Positions 1 to 47,879 of a stretch of DNA of 64,000 nt are shown piece after piece. The position numbers and the translations under genes are program-made. Source of the stretch: Callorhinchus milii (Eukaryota); assembly GCF_018977255.1 (NCBI RefSeq), contig NW_024704742.1, forward strand, positions 85,562,001 to 85,626,000. Direction: 5' to 3'. The notes under the pieces were generated by a model. It searched no databases, was not told where the DNA came from, and was given only the letters and a program-made list of their open reading frames with translations. Within the stretch, counting starts at the first letter, position 1; each line of letters opens with the position of its first letter.

Positions 1-1
1 G

Positions 2-100
2 TCTATCATGGCTTCCCTCAAGTCCTTCCAGCAGCTTTGGGTTCGCAAAAGGGATTACGATGAGCGTGGGCCTTTTGTTATTTATCGCAAATGTTTCTGA
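2..100 (+). CDS. ACTL7A: C-terminal end of an actin-related protein, ACTL7A-like (5' part outside window)
   Basis: Frame 2 reads [32 protein letters not shown], an actin-fold C-terminus. The GPF..YR.CF ending resembles ACTL7A, which lies tail-to-tail with ELP1 in mammals. Paralog identity is less certain than the actin-family call. Confidence 0.7.
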   Translation, partial: SIMASLKSFQQLWVRKRDYDERGPFVIYRKCF

Positions 101-251
101 GACCAATGATTCAGACAGTACTGTATCCCCCCCCCCACCGGCCCCTTCCGATCTTTTAATACTCGAAGTTTTTTTTTGTCTTTTAAGGATGTCACTCACT
201 TAACTTTATCATAGTGATTTCCACCAAGGGTCAGATTATACTGACTTGCAT

Positions 252-257
252 AATAAA
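252..257 (+). terminator. candidate polyadenylation signal of the actin-like gene
   Basis: AATAAA about 150 nt after the stop codon. Confidence 0.4.
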
Positions 258-3200
258 GCCTTTGACAAATAATTGCCGCCATGCCTGCTTCCTAAAATGC
301 ATGCTCACAACTTTTAAAATTAATAATCCTTGCATTTGATATAGCACCTTTGATGCGAGCGTGCTTTTTAAAATGAATGCAAATGACACTATATTTTCAT
401 GTTTTTCATTTATAAACAGTTTTTCCAGTTTTTATTGAAAACATCAGGATTCAGCACAATATAAACACTATAATCGCCCTCAGGCGTGAAAGGCGCTATA
501 TAAATGCAAGTTGTTGTTGCGGTGTGCAAATTGTCTGTCACTGTGTGTCACAGAAATGTTGTGAAATACTGAGATTATATATGCACTATTTCAAATGCAA
601 GAATTATTATATAGCTGTAAACTATTGGTCTCACCTGCTTTTCCAGCCTTATAATGTCATCTGAACCCCTCAATTGTGACATCCTTATAGTTTATAAGGA
701 TAAACTCCCCTATCAGTGGAAATAGCTTTCTCTATTTACCCTGTCAAAACTCTTGTTACTATGAGGTAAATTTACAAAATTTCTCATTGACCCTGAAGGC
801 AATTGAAGAATCCAGGGTACTACACGGAGTATAATATTGGTGTCAGTACTCCATAGGGTATTTAATTTTATTACTTTCTTCAACCAACTCTAGGGTGGCT
901 TTCAAAACCAGACTTGTTGATTTTGAAGGAGACAGGAAAGAGTGTCAGAATACCCTCTTAGCCAATCCTTATGTATGGGTTGACTTTTCTTTGGTCAACC
1001 AGGTTTCTGATCCATTACCATACTTAAGAAGATCCAAACCAAGCTGAGATTTCCATGCATCCTACTTACACATGGAAATTCCAGAGATAGATTGTTGGAA
1101 GGGGATGCACTTTCTCCCTGGAGGTGCACATCCTCTGGAACTATCAGGTGCAGGATGGCAAGAGCCAAGGCTTGGGGACCCCAGAGTGTGTGTGGGGTGC
1201 TGCTGGAATCCATCCAGCTAAAACCGTATAGCTTGCTATTGACAGCTCTGTATGCTTTCCTTTTTGCTTGACTAGCAATGAACACCCAACTCATTCATTA
1301 CAGCTTTGGCTTGCAGGGTTAATAGGAGCTGAGTGGGAAAAATCTCTGACCAGTGATTGGTTTGTCCTTCCAGGTTCTGCCGATGAGCAAGGATGGCTGT
1401 GCTGTCATCAGCAGTGCCTTGGAATACTGTGTGGCTCAGGAAACAGTTGAACAAAGCACATGTCTAAAGCAAAAGAGGTGGATAAACAGTTTGTATTGCC
1501 AAGTTTAATACATTTATTATTACTATACCAAATGTATAGTGACACTACACTATACATTTGGTGTAGTGTCATTCACGTTGTCTCAATGCACTTCACAGTG
1601 AAGTGGAGAGACTGTTTTGTGGATGGTCCTAGGTTTATGTAGGTTTAATGAGTGAAACATGATTTAACCACATCTACAGCTTTTATGTCCTTCACTTCTT
1701 AAGCTCATTAAAAGACATTATTTTACTATTATTAATCTATGTAGTGATTCAATACATGGAGATGTGTAATGCAATATTTTATTTTAAATATATATTACAA
1801 ATAAAGGCACTGGGCCATAGCATTTATAACCAGATGTACACTTAAAAATGGCAGCAAACTCCAAAATATCAGTCATAATTTATAGAAGATAAAAAGGTTG
1901 AGTGGCAGAACAATTATCAAAACAAGATTCACAAAGGTTTTATCATTGCTTTAAAAATGCACATTTAATACCTTCACCTCATAATGACTATAATATATAT
2001 CTCCCAGTGCCTTCGCCTTGCCTCCTCCCTTTCCTCCTTCAAGGCCGGTCTCAAGACCTCTCTCTTTGACCGTGCCTTCAGCTCCCCTCTCGACTCTCTA
2101 CCCCCTCCTCGCTCCCTCCCTCCCCTCACCCTGACCATTTCCCCTCTGCTCGGGTCCTGACCCAACTGTACAGCACCTTGGGACGTCCTCCTGACGTGAA
2201 AGGCGCTCTATAAATGGAATCTTTTGTTGTTGTTGTATTTGATATAGCGCTTTTCAGAGTCTTCTAGATGTCTCAAAGTGCTTCACAGAATATACTGGAA
2301 AGTGTATTGATTGTATATTTTGAGGGAGAAATGTGGCAGCCAACTGCGCACAACAGTATCTCACAAACAGTCGTGGATTGAGTGACCAAATTTTTTTTAA
2401 GGATTAATATCCCTGGAAAAGTGATCTGCCAATTGAGTAACAACCAGGTTGGCTCTTGAACTCAGGTTCCAATTAAAACCCATGCTCTGAGAGGCTGAAA
2501 TTTCAGTGAATAGCTTTGCAGTTTGCACTATGGGAAAAGAATGACGTGTTGGAGCCTTTAGTGGAGCAGTAGGATCTAGATAGAGAAATATCTCTACTCA
2601 GTGCCCAGGGTTAAGTGAAAGACAAGGGTTTTCATGATGATGTATTATGAGGCAGTTTCAATTTTTCTTTTGTTGCTGTGAACTAGGGATGTTTTTTTCC
2701 CTCCCCCCTCCCACACCAAATAAATCCATTACATTATTTTACCAGTAATAGATTTTGTCAGTGTGCGAGGCAATGAACGGTCTCTGTGACAAATGCATTT
2801 CAAGGCTGCATGCTTGGATAATTATCCCAGTTCACATAGGGAAGAAATCAATTCCTTTCCTTTGGTATTGGTATTCAAAGATGTACATCTATTCAGTTTT
2901 TCACTGGGACATGCAATCATGGAGAATTCCTTGGATATGAACAGGAGGCACGAAACAAAGTATTTGTGAAAAGATGAGTGCTTTACAAGAAATCATGTTT
3001 TGCACCATCTTCAAGAAATTTACCATAATGGTTATATTCCTCCAACTGTCCGCAACAAACCACTAGCGTGCTTGTTTATTAACAACAACAAAATTACATT
3101 TATTGAGCGCCTTTCACGTCAAGAGGTCATCCCAAAGCGGTGAAACCTAAATTATTAAATTATTATTTATTAAACTTAAAGTCATTGATTAATCATGATG

Positions 3201-3366
3201 GCGTGCTTATGTAAACACTCTTACACTAGGTGCCAAAGATCCCACTGTGGCAGCAGCAATGGCCAGTCAATGTGGTCCTGCCCCCTCCTTTCTTTGATTC
3301 CTCTGTGCTTTCAGCAATGGGACCAGTATAGTAATAAATAATGCTACTCATTGGCCTTGCTTTCCT

Positions 3367-39861
<36,495 letters not shown>

Positions 39862-40639
39862 GGCAGGTATTGCAACAGCTTGCTGGATGAGCAGAGAGAA
39901 ACATGAAGCAAATTAACGACCAGATTCAGAAACAGATCCACCAGTTAAAAGTTTATAATAATAATCCCTCCAAAACCAAAAACAATAATTAAATTGGTCA
40001 TTTTCAATCTATGACTGTTTGCTGTGCGCAATTGGCTGCCGCGTTCGCCCACAAATATACAGTCAACTCACTTTACAGTATATTCTGTGAAGCGCTTTGG
40101 GACGTCCTCCCGACGTGAAAAGCGCTATATCAAATGCAAGGATTATTATTATTATTATTATTATTATTATAATGTGTATCCTGTAGCTCGGCGATTAGAG
40201 CACTCGCCTCGCAAGCGAGAGACCTGGGTTCAATTCCCTGCGGGGCCAAACCTTGGGCGAGTTTCCTTATTCCACACGCCCGATAATAATCCCTCAAAAT
40301 AAAAGAAAAACAATAAATTGGGTCACTTCAACCCACGGCTGTTTGCGGAGACACTGCTGCGCGCAATCGGCTGTGCCGCGCTTCGCCCGCAAATATACAC
40401 ACAGCCAATTCACTTTTTTACAGTGCGTTCCGTGAAGCGCTTTGGGACGTCCTCCCGACGTGAAGAGCGCTATATCAAATGCAAAGGATTATTATTATTA
40501 TTATTATTATTATCATTATTCTGTGAAGCGCTTTGAGACGACAAGAAGACGCGACGCGATATCAAAGGCGAAGATTATTACTGTTACTATATTATTACCC
40601 GATGACTGACTGTGTAGTTTGTGGGCGACACTGTAATAA

Positions 40640-41060
40640 CAAGACCCTGACCCTGACCCCCCCCCACCCTCTGCCCCCCCTCTGCCCCCCTCTGCCCCCA
40701 CAGACCCCACAGACCCCACTCACCCCCACAGTGGGAATCAGCACAAACGGCGTTACACCCCCACACCACCCGCACCCCCTGACCGCCCGCCAGGAGCTGC
40801 CCAGGGCCCTGACAGGGGTCCCCCCCACACCCTGACCCACCTCCCCGAGGTGACCCCCTCACCCCCCGCGGCCGCCGACTCTCGGGGTGACCGTCTCCCC
40901 CTCTCTCTCTCTCTCTGTCTCTCTCTCTCTCACGTGTTGGCTCCTCGCCACCGCACCGCAGCCTCCGCTGCCCCGGCCCCAGGCCCTGCGCCCCCTACTG
41001 CCGGGAGGCCTCCAGCACAGCCCCTCCGCGCACCGTCGGGGGAGACTCTCTTGACCCCCA
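40640..41060 (-). promoter_or_regulatory. ELP1: CpG-island promoter and probable non-coding exon 1 of ELP1 (candidate donor |gtgag at 40862)
   Basis: CpG-rich unique sequence ~1 kb upstream of the exon-2 acceptor; CACGTG E-box at 40931-40936 beside a (CT)n tract. The TSS cannot be determined from sequence. Confidence 0.65.
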
Positions 41061-44000
41061 ACAACAACAACTTACCATTTACGCCTCTCCACGTCAGGAT
41101 GGGGCGGGGGGGGGGAGTGGGGGGAGTGGAGGGGGGTCCCGCGGTGCTGGACGGTTCAGGGTCTGCACCCGGGGTGGGGGTTGGAGCCAAGAGGGGCGGA
41201 GGGCGGAGGCGGGAGGATGACCGGAGGCACGGTCGAAGGAGGAAGGTGCTCCGGCCCGGGCGAGGGCGGCGAGGGGGGCGAGGGGGGTGAGGGCGGCGAT
41301 GGCGGCGAGGGCAGGCGAGGGGCGGGCGAGGGGCGGTGAGGGCGGCGAGGGCAGGCGAGGGGCGGCGAGGGCGGCGAGGGGGGAGCGAGGGCGGCGAGGG
41401 GGGAGCGAGGGCGGTGAGGGCAGGCGAGGGGCGGCGAGGGCGGCGAGGGGGGAGCGAGGGGCGGCGAGGGGGGAGCGGAGGGCGGCGAGGGGCGGGAGGG
41501 GGGGGGGGGTGAGGGCGGCGATGGCGGCGAGGGCAGGCGAGGGGCGGCGAGGGGCGGTGAGGGCGGCGAGGGCAGGCGAGGGCGGCGAGGGCGGCGAGGG
41601 GGGCGAGGGCGGCGAGGGGGAGTGAGGGCGGCGAGGGGGCGAGGGGGGTGAGGGCGGCGATGGCGGCGAGGGCAGGCGAGGGGCGGGCGAGGGGCGGTGA
41701 GGGCGGCGAGGGCAGGCGAGGGGCGGCGAGGGCGGCGAGGGGGGGCGAGGGCGGCGAGGGGGGAGCGAGGGCGGGAGGGCAGGCGAGGGGCGGCGAGGGC
41801 GGCGAGGGGGGAGCGAGGGCGGCGAGGGGGGGCGAGGGCGGCGAGGGGGCGAGGGGGGGTGAGGGCGGCGATGGCGGCGAGGGCAGGCGAGGGGCGGGCG
41901 AGGGGCGGTGAGGGCGGCGAGGGCAGGCGAGGGGCGGCGAGGGCGGCGAGGGGGGAGCGAGGGCGGCGAGGGGGGAGGAGGGCGGTGAGGGCAGGCGAGG
42001 GGCGGCGAGGGCGGCGAGGGGGGCGAGGGCGGCGAGGGGGAGCGAGGGCGGTGAGGGCAGGCGAGGGCGGCGAGGCGGCGAGGGGGGCGAGGGCGGCGAG
42101 GGGGGCGAGGGCGGCGAGGGGGGCGAGGGGGGTGAGGGCGGCGATGGCGGCGAGGGCAGGCGAGGGGCGGGCGAGGGGCGGTGAGGGCGGCGAGGGCAGG
42201 CGAGGGGCGGCGAGGGCGGCGAGGGGGAGCGAGGGCGGCGAGGGGGGAGTGAGGGCGGCGAGGGGGGCGAGGGCAGGCGAGGGCAGGCGAGGGGCGGCGA
42301 GGGCGGCGAGGGGGGAGCGAGGGCGGCGAGGGGGCGAGGGGGGTGAGGGCGGCGATGGCGGCGAGGGCAGGCGAGGGCGGGCGAGGGGCGGTGAGGGCGG
42401 CGAGGGCAGGCGAGGGGCGGCGAGGGCGGCGAGGGGGGAGCGAGGGCGGCGAGGGGGAGCGAGGCGGTGAGGGCAGGCGAGGGGCGGCGAGGGCGGCGAG
42501 GGCAGGCGAGGGGCGGCGAGGGCGGCGAGGGGGGAGCGAGGCGGCGAGGGGGCGAGGGGGGTGAGGGCGGCGATGGCGGCGAGGGCAGGCGAGGGGCGGG
42601 CGAGGGGCGGTGAGGGCGGCGAGGGCAGGCGAGGGGCGGCGAGGGCGGCGAGGGGGGAGCGAGGGCGGCGAGGGGGGCGAGGGGCGGTGAGGGCGGCGAG
42701 GGCGGCGAGGGCAGGCGAGGGGCGGGCGAGGGGCGGTGAGGGCGGCGAGGGCAGGCGAGGGGCGGCGAGGGCGGCGAGGGGGGAGCGAGGGCGGCGAGGG
42801 GGGAGCGAGGGCGGTGAGGGCAGGCGAGGGGCGGCGAGGGGCGGTGAGGGCGGTGAGGGGGGGGGGGCGAGGGGCGGTGAAGGCGGGCGAGGGGGGCGAG
42901 GGCGGGCGAGGGGCGGTGAGGGCGGCGAGGGGGGCGAGGGGGCGAGGGCGGTGAGGGAGCGAGGGCGGTGAGGGGGGGCGAGGGCGGCGAGGGGGCGAGG
43001 GCAGGCGAGGGCGGTGAGGGGGGCGAGGGCGGGCGAGGGGGCGAGGGGCGGTGAGGGCGGGCGAGGGGGGCGAGGGGGGGCGAGGGCGGGCGAGGGGCGG
43101 TGAGGGCGGTGAGGGGGGCGAGGGGGGCGAGGGGGGCGAGGGGGGCGAGGGGGGCGAGGGGGCGAGGGCAGGCGAGGGCAGGCGAGGGGGGGCGAGGGGC
43201 GGTGAGGGCGGCGAGGGCAGGCGAGGGGCGGCGAGGGCGGCGAGGGGGGGCGAGGGCGGCGAGGGGGGCGAGGGGGGGAGGCGGCGATGGCGGCGAGGGA
43301 GGCGAGGGGCGGGCGAGGGGCGGTGAGGGCGGCGAGGGCGGCGAGGGGCGGCGAGGGCGGCGAGGGGGGCGAGGGCGGCGAGGGGGGAGCGAGGGCGGCG
43401 AGGGGGCGAGGGCGGCGAGGGCAGGCGAGGGGGGCGAGGGGGGGGGCGAGGGCAGGCGAGGGGCGGCGAGGGGCGGCGAGGGGGGGCGAGGGGCGAGGGC
43501 GGTGAGGGCAGGCGAGGGGCGGCGAGGGGCGGTGAGGGCGGTGAGGGGGGGGGGGGGGGGGCGGGGGGGGCGAGGGGGCGAGGGGGGCGAGGGCGGGGGG
43601 CGGTGAGGGCGGCGAGGGGGCGGGGGGGCGAGGGCGGTGAGGGGGCGAGGGCGGTGAGGGGGGGCGAGGGCGGCGAGGGGGGCGAGGGGGGGGGGCGGTG
43701 AGGGGGCGGGGGGGGGGGGCGGTGAGGGCGGGGGGGGGGCGAGGGGGGGCGAGGGGGGCGAGGGGCGGTGAGGGGGTGAGGGGGCGAGGGGGGCGAAGGG
43801 GGCGAGGGGGGCGAAGGGGGCGAGGGGGGCGAGGGGGCGAGGGGGGGAGGGGGGGTGAGGGGGGGGGGGGGCGAGGGGGCGAGGGCGGTGAGGGGGGGGC
43901 GAGGGGGCGAGGGGGGGGGGGCGAGGGGGGCGAGGGGGCGGGGGGCGAGGGCGGTGAGGGGGTGAGGGCGGGCGAGGCGGTGGGGGGGTGAGGACGGTGA

Positions 44001-44150
44001 GGGGGCGAGGGCGGGCGAGGGCGGGCGAGTGAGGGGGGGCGAGGCTCTGGAGGATGAGGGGTCTGAAAGCTCGACTGCTGCCGGTGGGGCGGGCGGGCGG
44101 GGGGGGCGGGGGCCACGGAGCAGGCCGGGCCGGTGCCCGCGGATCATAGG
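41058..44150 (-). mobile_element. L2 LINE 3' fragment split by the satellite
   Basis: (CAA)n tail and L2 3'UTR at 41058-41265. L2 homology resumes at ~44041-44150 and is colinear with the copies at 5335-5640 and 14620-14971. Confidence 0.7.
41265..44045. repeat. ~2.8-kb G-rich complex satellite (GAGGGCGGC / GAGGGCAGGC / GAGGGGCGGT / GAGGGGGGC units) with ~140-270-bp higher-order blocks
   Basis: Directly visible tandem array. The marker GCGGCGATGGCG recurs with its ATG at 41299, 41521, 41660, 41871, 42144, 42355, 42573 and 43287. Confidence 0.95.
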
Positions 44151-44157
44151 GAGTGGC

Positions 44158-44410
44158 AACAACGACAAATTGCCTCCTTTCACGGCAGGAGGACCTGCCA
44201 AGGCGCTGGGCCGTCGAGGATTTGGACGCCAGCCGGGCGTTGGGATCAGGAGGGGCGGAGGTGAGGGGCAGGAGGGTGACCGAAGGCACAGTGGAAGAGG
44301 AGGGTCTTGAGACGGGCCTCGAAGGCGGCAACGGAGGGAGCGAGGAGAAGGGACTGGGGTGGAGTTCCAAAGGGAGGGGCAGAGAGGCTGATGGTGGGGC
44401 AGGCAGGTGG
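44158..44410 (-). mobile_element. L2 LINE 3' fragment, GC-enriched
   Basis: caacaacgacaaattg...ggcacagtggaagaggagggtcttgagacggg matches the other L2 tails in the window. Confidence 0.8.
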
Positions 44411-45223
44411 GGTGGGGTGAAGCCGGCCAGTACCTGCTGCCACACGGTGCGGACAGGTTGGTATAGTTTTAGTGGTGCCCCTCACGCAGGGCAGCATCCC
44501 AGAGAGCTTAAGTACAGTCACTACATTTTACATCCTTTACATGCTATATTTACCAGATGTAAGTTAGGATTATTATTAACCCTCTACGGCATTAATAATA
44601 ATAAACACTGTATTGAATAATAATAGTATTGTAGTTTATGGGAATGGATCCTTCCTATAAATTAATGTCCCCTCCCTGTGGTTTTGGCGGCTGACAACTG
44701 TCTATAATGACAGGGGCTGAGATCAATAGTTCAGGTCTAATAATTACAAAACATTGTATTGTCACCACATTTGTTTTTTTTTGTTACCTATATATCTGAA
44801 GCAAGTGATAGACAAATGTTGCATATTATGATACCTTATCAGAAGCAGCCAGAAGTGAGTTTTAAAATAATAATAATAATAATCCTTGCATATTGTGTCA
44901 TTGAGAGGGCTCAAAGCACTTCATAGAATATATCGTAAAGTATTCTGTGGGTGAAACGTGACAGCCAATTGAGCATAGCAGTGAATTGTGAACGGATTAT
45001 TACCTCCTGAAAGCGATCCGTCAATCGACTAACAACCGGGTTCCTAGGTTCCTACTTACTGCCAGTTAAACAGAGGCAAGTGGAGTAAGGAAAATTGTGC
45101 GCGCACTATTCATTCCACTCAGGGATTCCACAATCTGACTGATCAGAATTGGGAAACTTTTGAAAATGTATTAAATCTAAACCTAATTCAGAACAGCAAG
45201 CTAATGTGTTAACCTAAAAAAAG

Positions 45224-45369
45224 GCAGATGCTGGAAACCTGAAATAAAAACAGACGTAGCTGGGAACACTCTGATGAAAGATTATTTACCAGAAACGTTA
45301 ACTCACTTTCCTCTCTCCATAGATGCTGCCTGACCTGCTGAGTGTTTCTGGTGACTTCTGTTTTTATTT
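45224..45369 (+). mobile_element. Penelope-type terminal-repeat remnant with degenerate hammerhead ribozyme core
   Basis: Inverted arms at 45242-45271 and 45340-45369 enclose CTGATGA-N14-GAAACGTTA-ACTC. Confidence 0.6.
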
Positions 45370-45935
45370 TATATTAATGTGTTAACCTTTCTTTTTCAAA
45401 TGCAGATTGATCCCTTGTGGATGTCCTGCGTTTCTGCTTCGGATTTCCAAAACTGTTATTCATTTTCCAAATACTGCACAATATAAAAAACATCAAAAAA
45501 CCAAACCCAATAGACCAGGAAGGGAGGCTCAGTTCTGAGCCTAGAATCCTATACAAACATCAGTTACTGCATTTAGTCAAGAAAGTAAGGTCTGTTCATC
45601 AAATACAACGCTTTGTGTAGATAGTTTGTTAGGACTTTGGTTTACAGGGTTAATAGGAGATGAGTGGAATGACTCCCTGCCCCCAGTGACTGGTCTGCCC
45701 ATCTAGGTCATGCCAATGAGCCAGGCTGGCTGTGCTGTTATTAGCAGTGCCCTGGAGTACTGCGGACTCGCCTGGCTCAGGAACTGGACTACTGAGACCA
45801 CCACAGAGGGCTGGCTTGATTCCGAGTCACCTCATAGCTAATTCAGATTCAAGGAGACCCCGCTTAGTCACTCATACAACTGACCAATGTTATTTGGGAG
45901 ATTGTAGGCCAAGACACCAGGAGAAACTGATCTTC

Positions 45936-46283
45936 ATAATAATAATCCTTGCATTTGATATAGTGCCTTATCACATCTTCGAGACGTCTCAAAGCGCTTC
46001 ACAGAATATACTGTGAAGTGAATTGACTATATTTTGTGGGCAAAATGTGGCAGCCAATTGTGCACATAGTGCCTCACAAACATTCGTGGATTGAGTGACC
46101 ATATTTTTAAAGTGATTATTACCCCCAGAAAAGTGATCCGCCAATCGACTAACAACCGGGTTCCTACTTACTGAGGCATATGAAGTAAGGAAACTTGCCC
46201 AACGTTTTGCCCCACCCGCGAATCAAACTCAGGTCCCATCACTTGCCACGCGAATTCACAAACCACTAAGCTACAGGACTCCC
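45936..46283 (-). mobile_element. tRNA-derived SINE, long form. Other copies: 11600-11971(-), 22665-22998(+), 2236-2475(-), 44866-45095(-)
   Basis: Same head and body plus an extra segment AGTAAGTAGGAACCCGGTTGTTAGTCGATTGGCGGATCACTTTTC. Confidence 0.85.
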
Positions 46284-47879
46284 CGAATAGCGCCATGAAT
46301 AGTGTCACGTCCCTCGCCCTGCCTGCTCCACTATTGGTGGTCGGGCCTTCAGCCTTTCTGCCCTGACCCCCTGGAACTCCATCTGAGGTGGAGGGGCTGA
46401 AGGCGCGCTACCTTGCCTGCTCCCATGCCTCCTTCAAGGCCCATCTCAAGACCTTCCTTTTAGACTGTGCCTTTGGTCATCTTCCCTCCTCCATTCCCTT
46501 CCCTCCACCTCTCTCTGATCCCATCCCGCAGCTTGGATGTAAACCACACATTGTCATCCTTGGGACATCCTCCTGATATGAAAGGCGCTATATAAATTCA
46601 ATTTGTTGCTATTGTTGCTATGAGATCTTTAATATCCACTTGAATAGTATTGGAGCCTCAACTGTGGGTCCTGAAGTGCAGCTTGAACCTACAGCCTGCT
46701 GAATCAGAGCTGAGAGTGATATCAACTGAGCCAAGCTGATAATTTATGTGACCAAAGGTAGAGCAGATCCTAAAATGATCAACCTGCTTCTCTACAGAGA
46801 AGCTTGCTCTTGTTCAGCAGAATCTGGAAACGATGCCGATCTAATTTAATAGCAAGTAAATGATTAAAAGATCAGATATGTCCCTGAACACATAACAGAA
46901 GTTTATTATTCTTATAAAAGTCGCAGATCCAAATGATAAGGAATTAAAAACCAAAAGTAATGGGCACAGATAATTGAGCCTCAGTTTCCGGAATAACACA
47001 CCCACCTAATGTATTATTTATTCTCCAAGTAGTTAGCTTATCGCTGTTACTTCAGACTAGGTATTGTTTGTCGTATATTCACAATGAAGCTTTACACGTG
47101 TATTAGTAAATTTCAAGTAACAACCTTAGAAACACAGGAAAATAGGATCACGAGGAGGCCATTCAGCCCATTCAGGCTGTTCCAAAAGTTTATTACATCA
47201 TGGCCAATATTTGTCTTTTTGTCACACCCCTTAACACCACTGCATCCACCTGACCATCTAAACCAGACCTTGGTTTACAGTCTCATCAAAAGGATGACAC
47301 CTCTAATAATGCAGTGTTCATCCAAAGTTTGCCAAACAGTGATATCAATGGCAAGCTATGCAGTTTCAGCCGGTTAGACTCCAGCAGTATCCCAACGCAC
47401 ACTCTGGGGTCCCCAAGCCTTGGCCCTTGCCAACCTGCGCTTAATACTTTCCGGAATTATGTAAACAGGATGTGTCCCTCCAGGGAGAGAGTGAGCATTG
47501 CATTCCAACAATCTCTCTCTGGGATTTCCACGTGGAGATGGGACGCATGGAAACCTCAGCTCGGTTTGGGTACTCTTTAAGCAGAGTGATGGGATTTCGC
47601 ATGGGTCAGACTGACCAAATAAAAATACATTTCTACGGTTGCACTGTAGGATTGGCAGATAATGTTGTCCTCTTACTCCAACCACATGAGATTGCAATTA
47701 CAATTCACGATTACCCAATACATCCACAGGCTATTTATTCACTTATTGCAACTCTTAAAAAAAAAAACTTTTTGGCAATGCAGTGGAGCCGCAGTGTGTC
47801 CTGGCCGCACCCTCCCTGCGATCACACTGTGTCGGGCTCGGGTTGTGGGGTAACGAACTCACTGCCTTTGCTCCACTTT

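Noticed and set aside
40930..44445. 1171/1035/986-aa proline-rich ORFs in all three minus frames
   Set aside because: An artefact of a C-rich satellite that cannot form stop codons. The ends are L2-derived and there is no domain content.
44153..44620. 155-aa ORF with faint likeness to the ABITRAM N-terminus (WY...HYILH)
   Set aside because: The first half is antisense L2, the motif spacing does not fit, and no further ABITRAM exons are visible.
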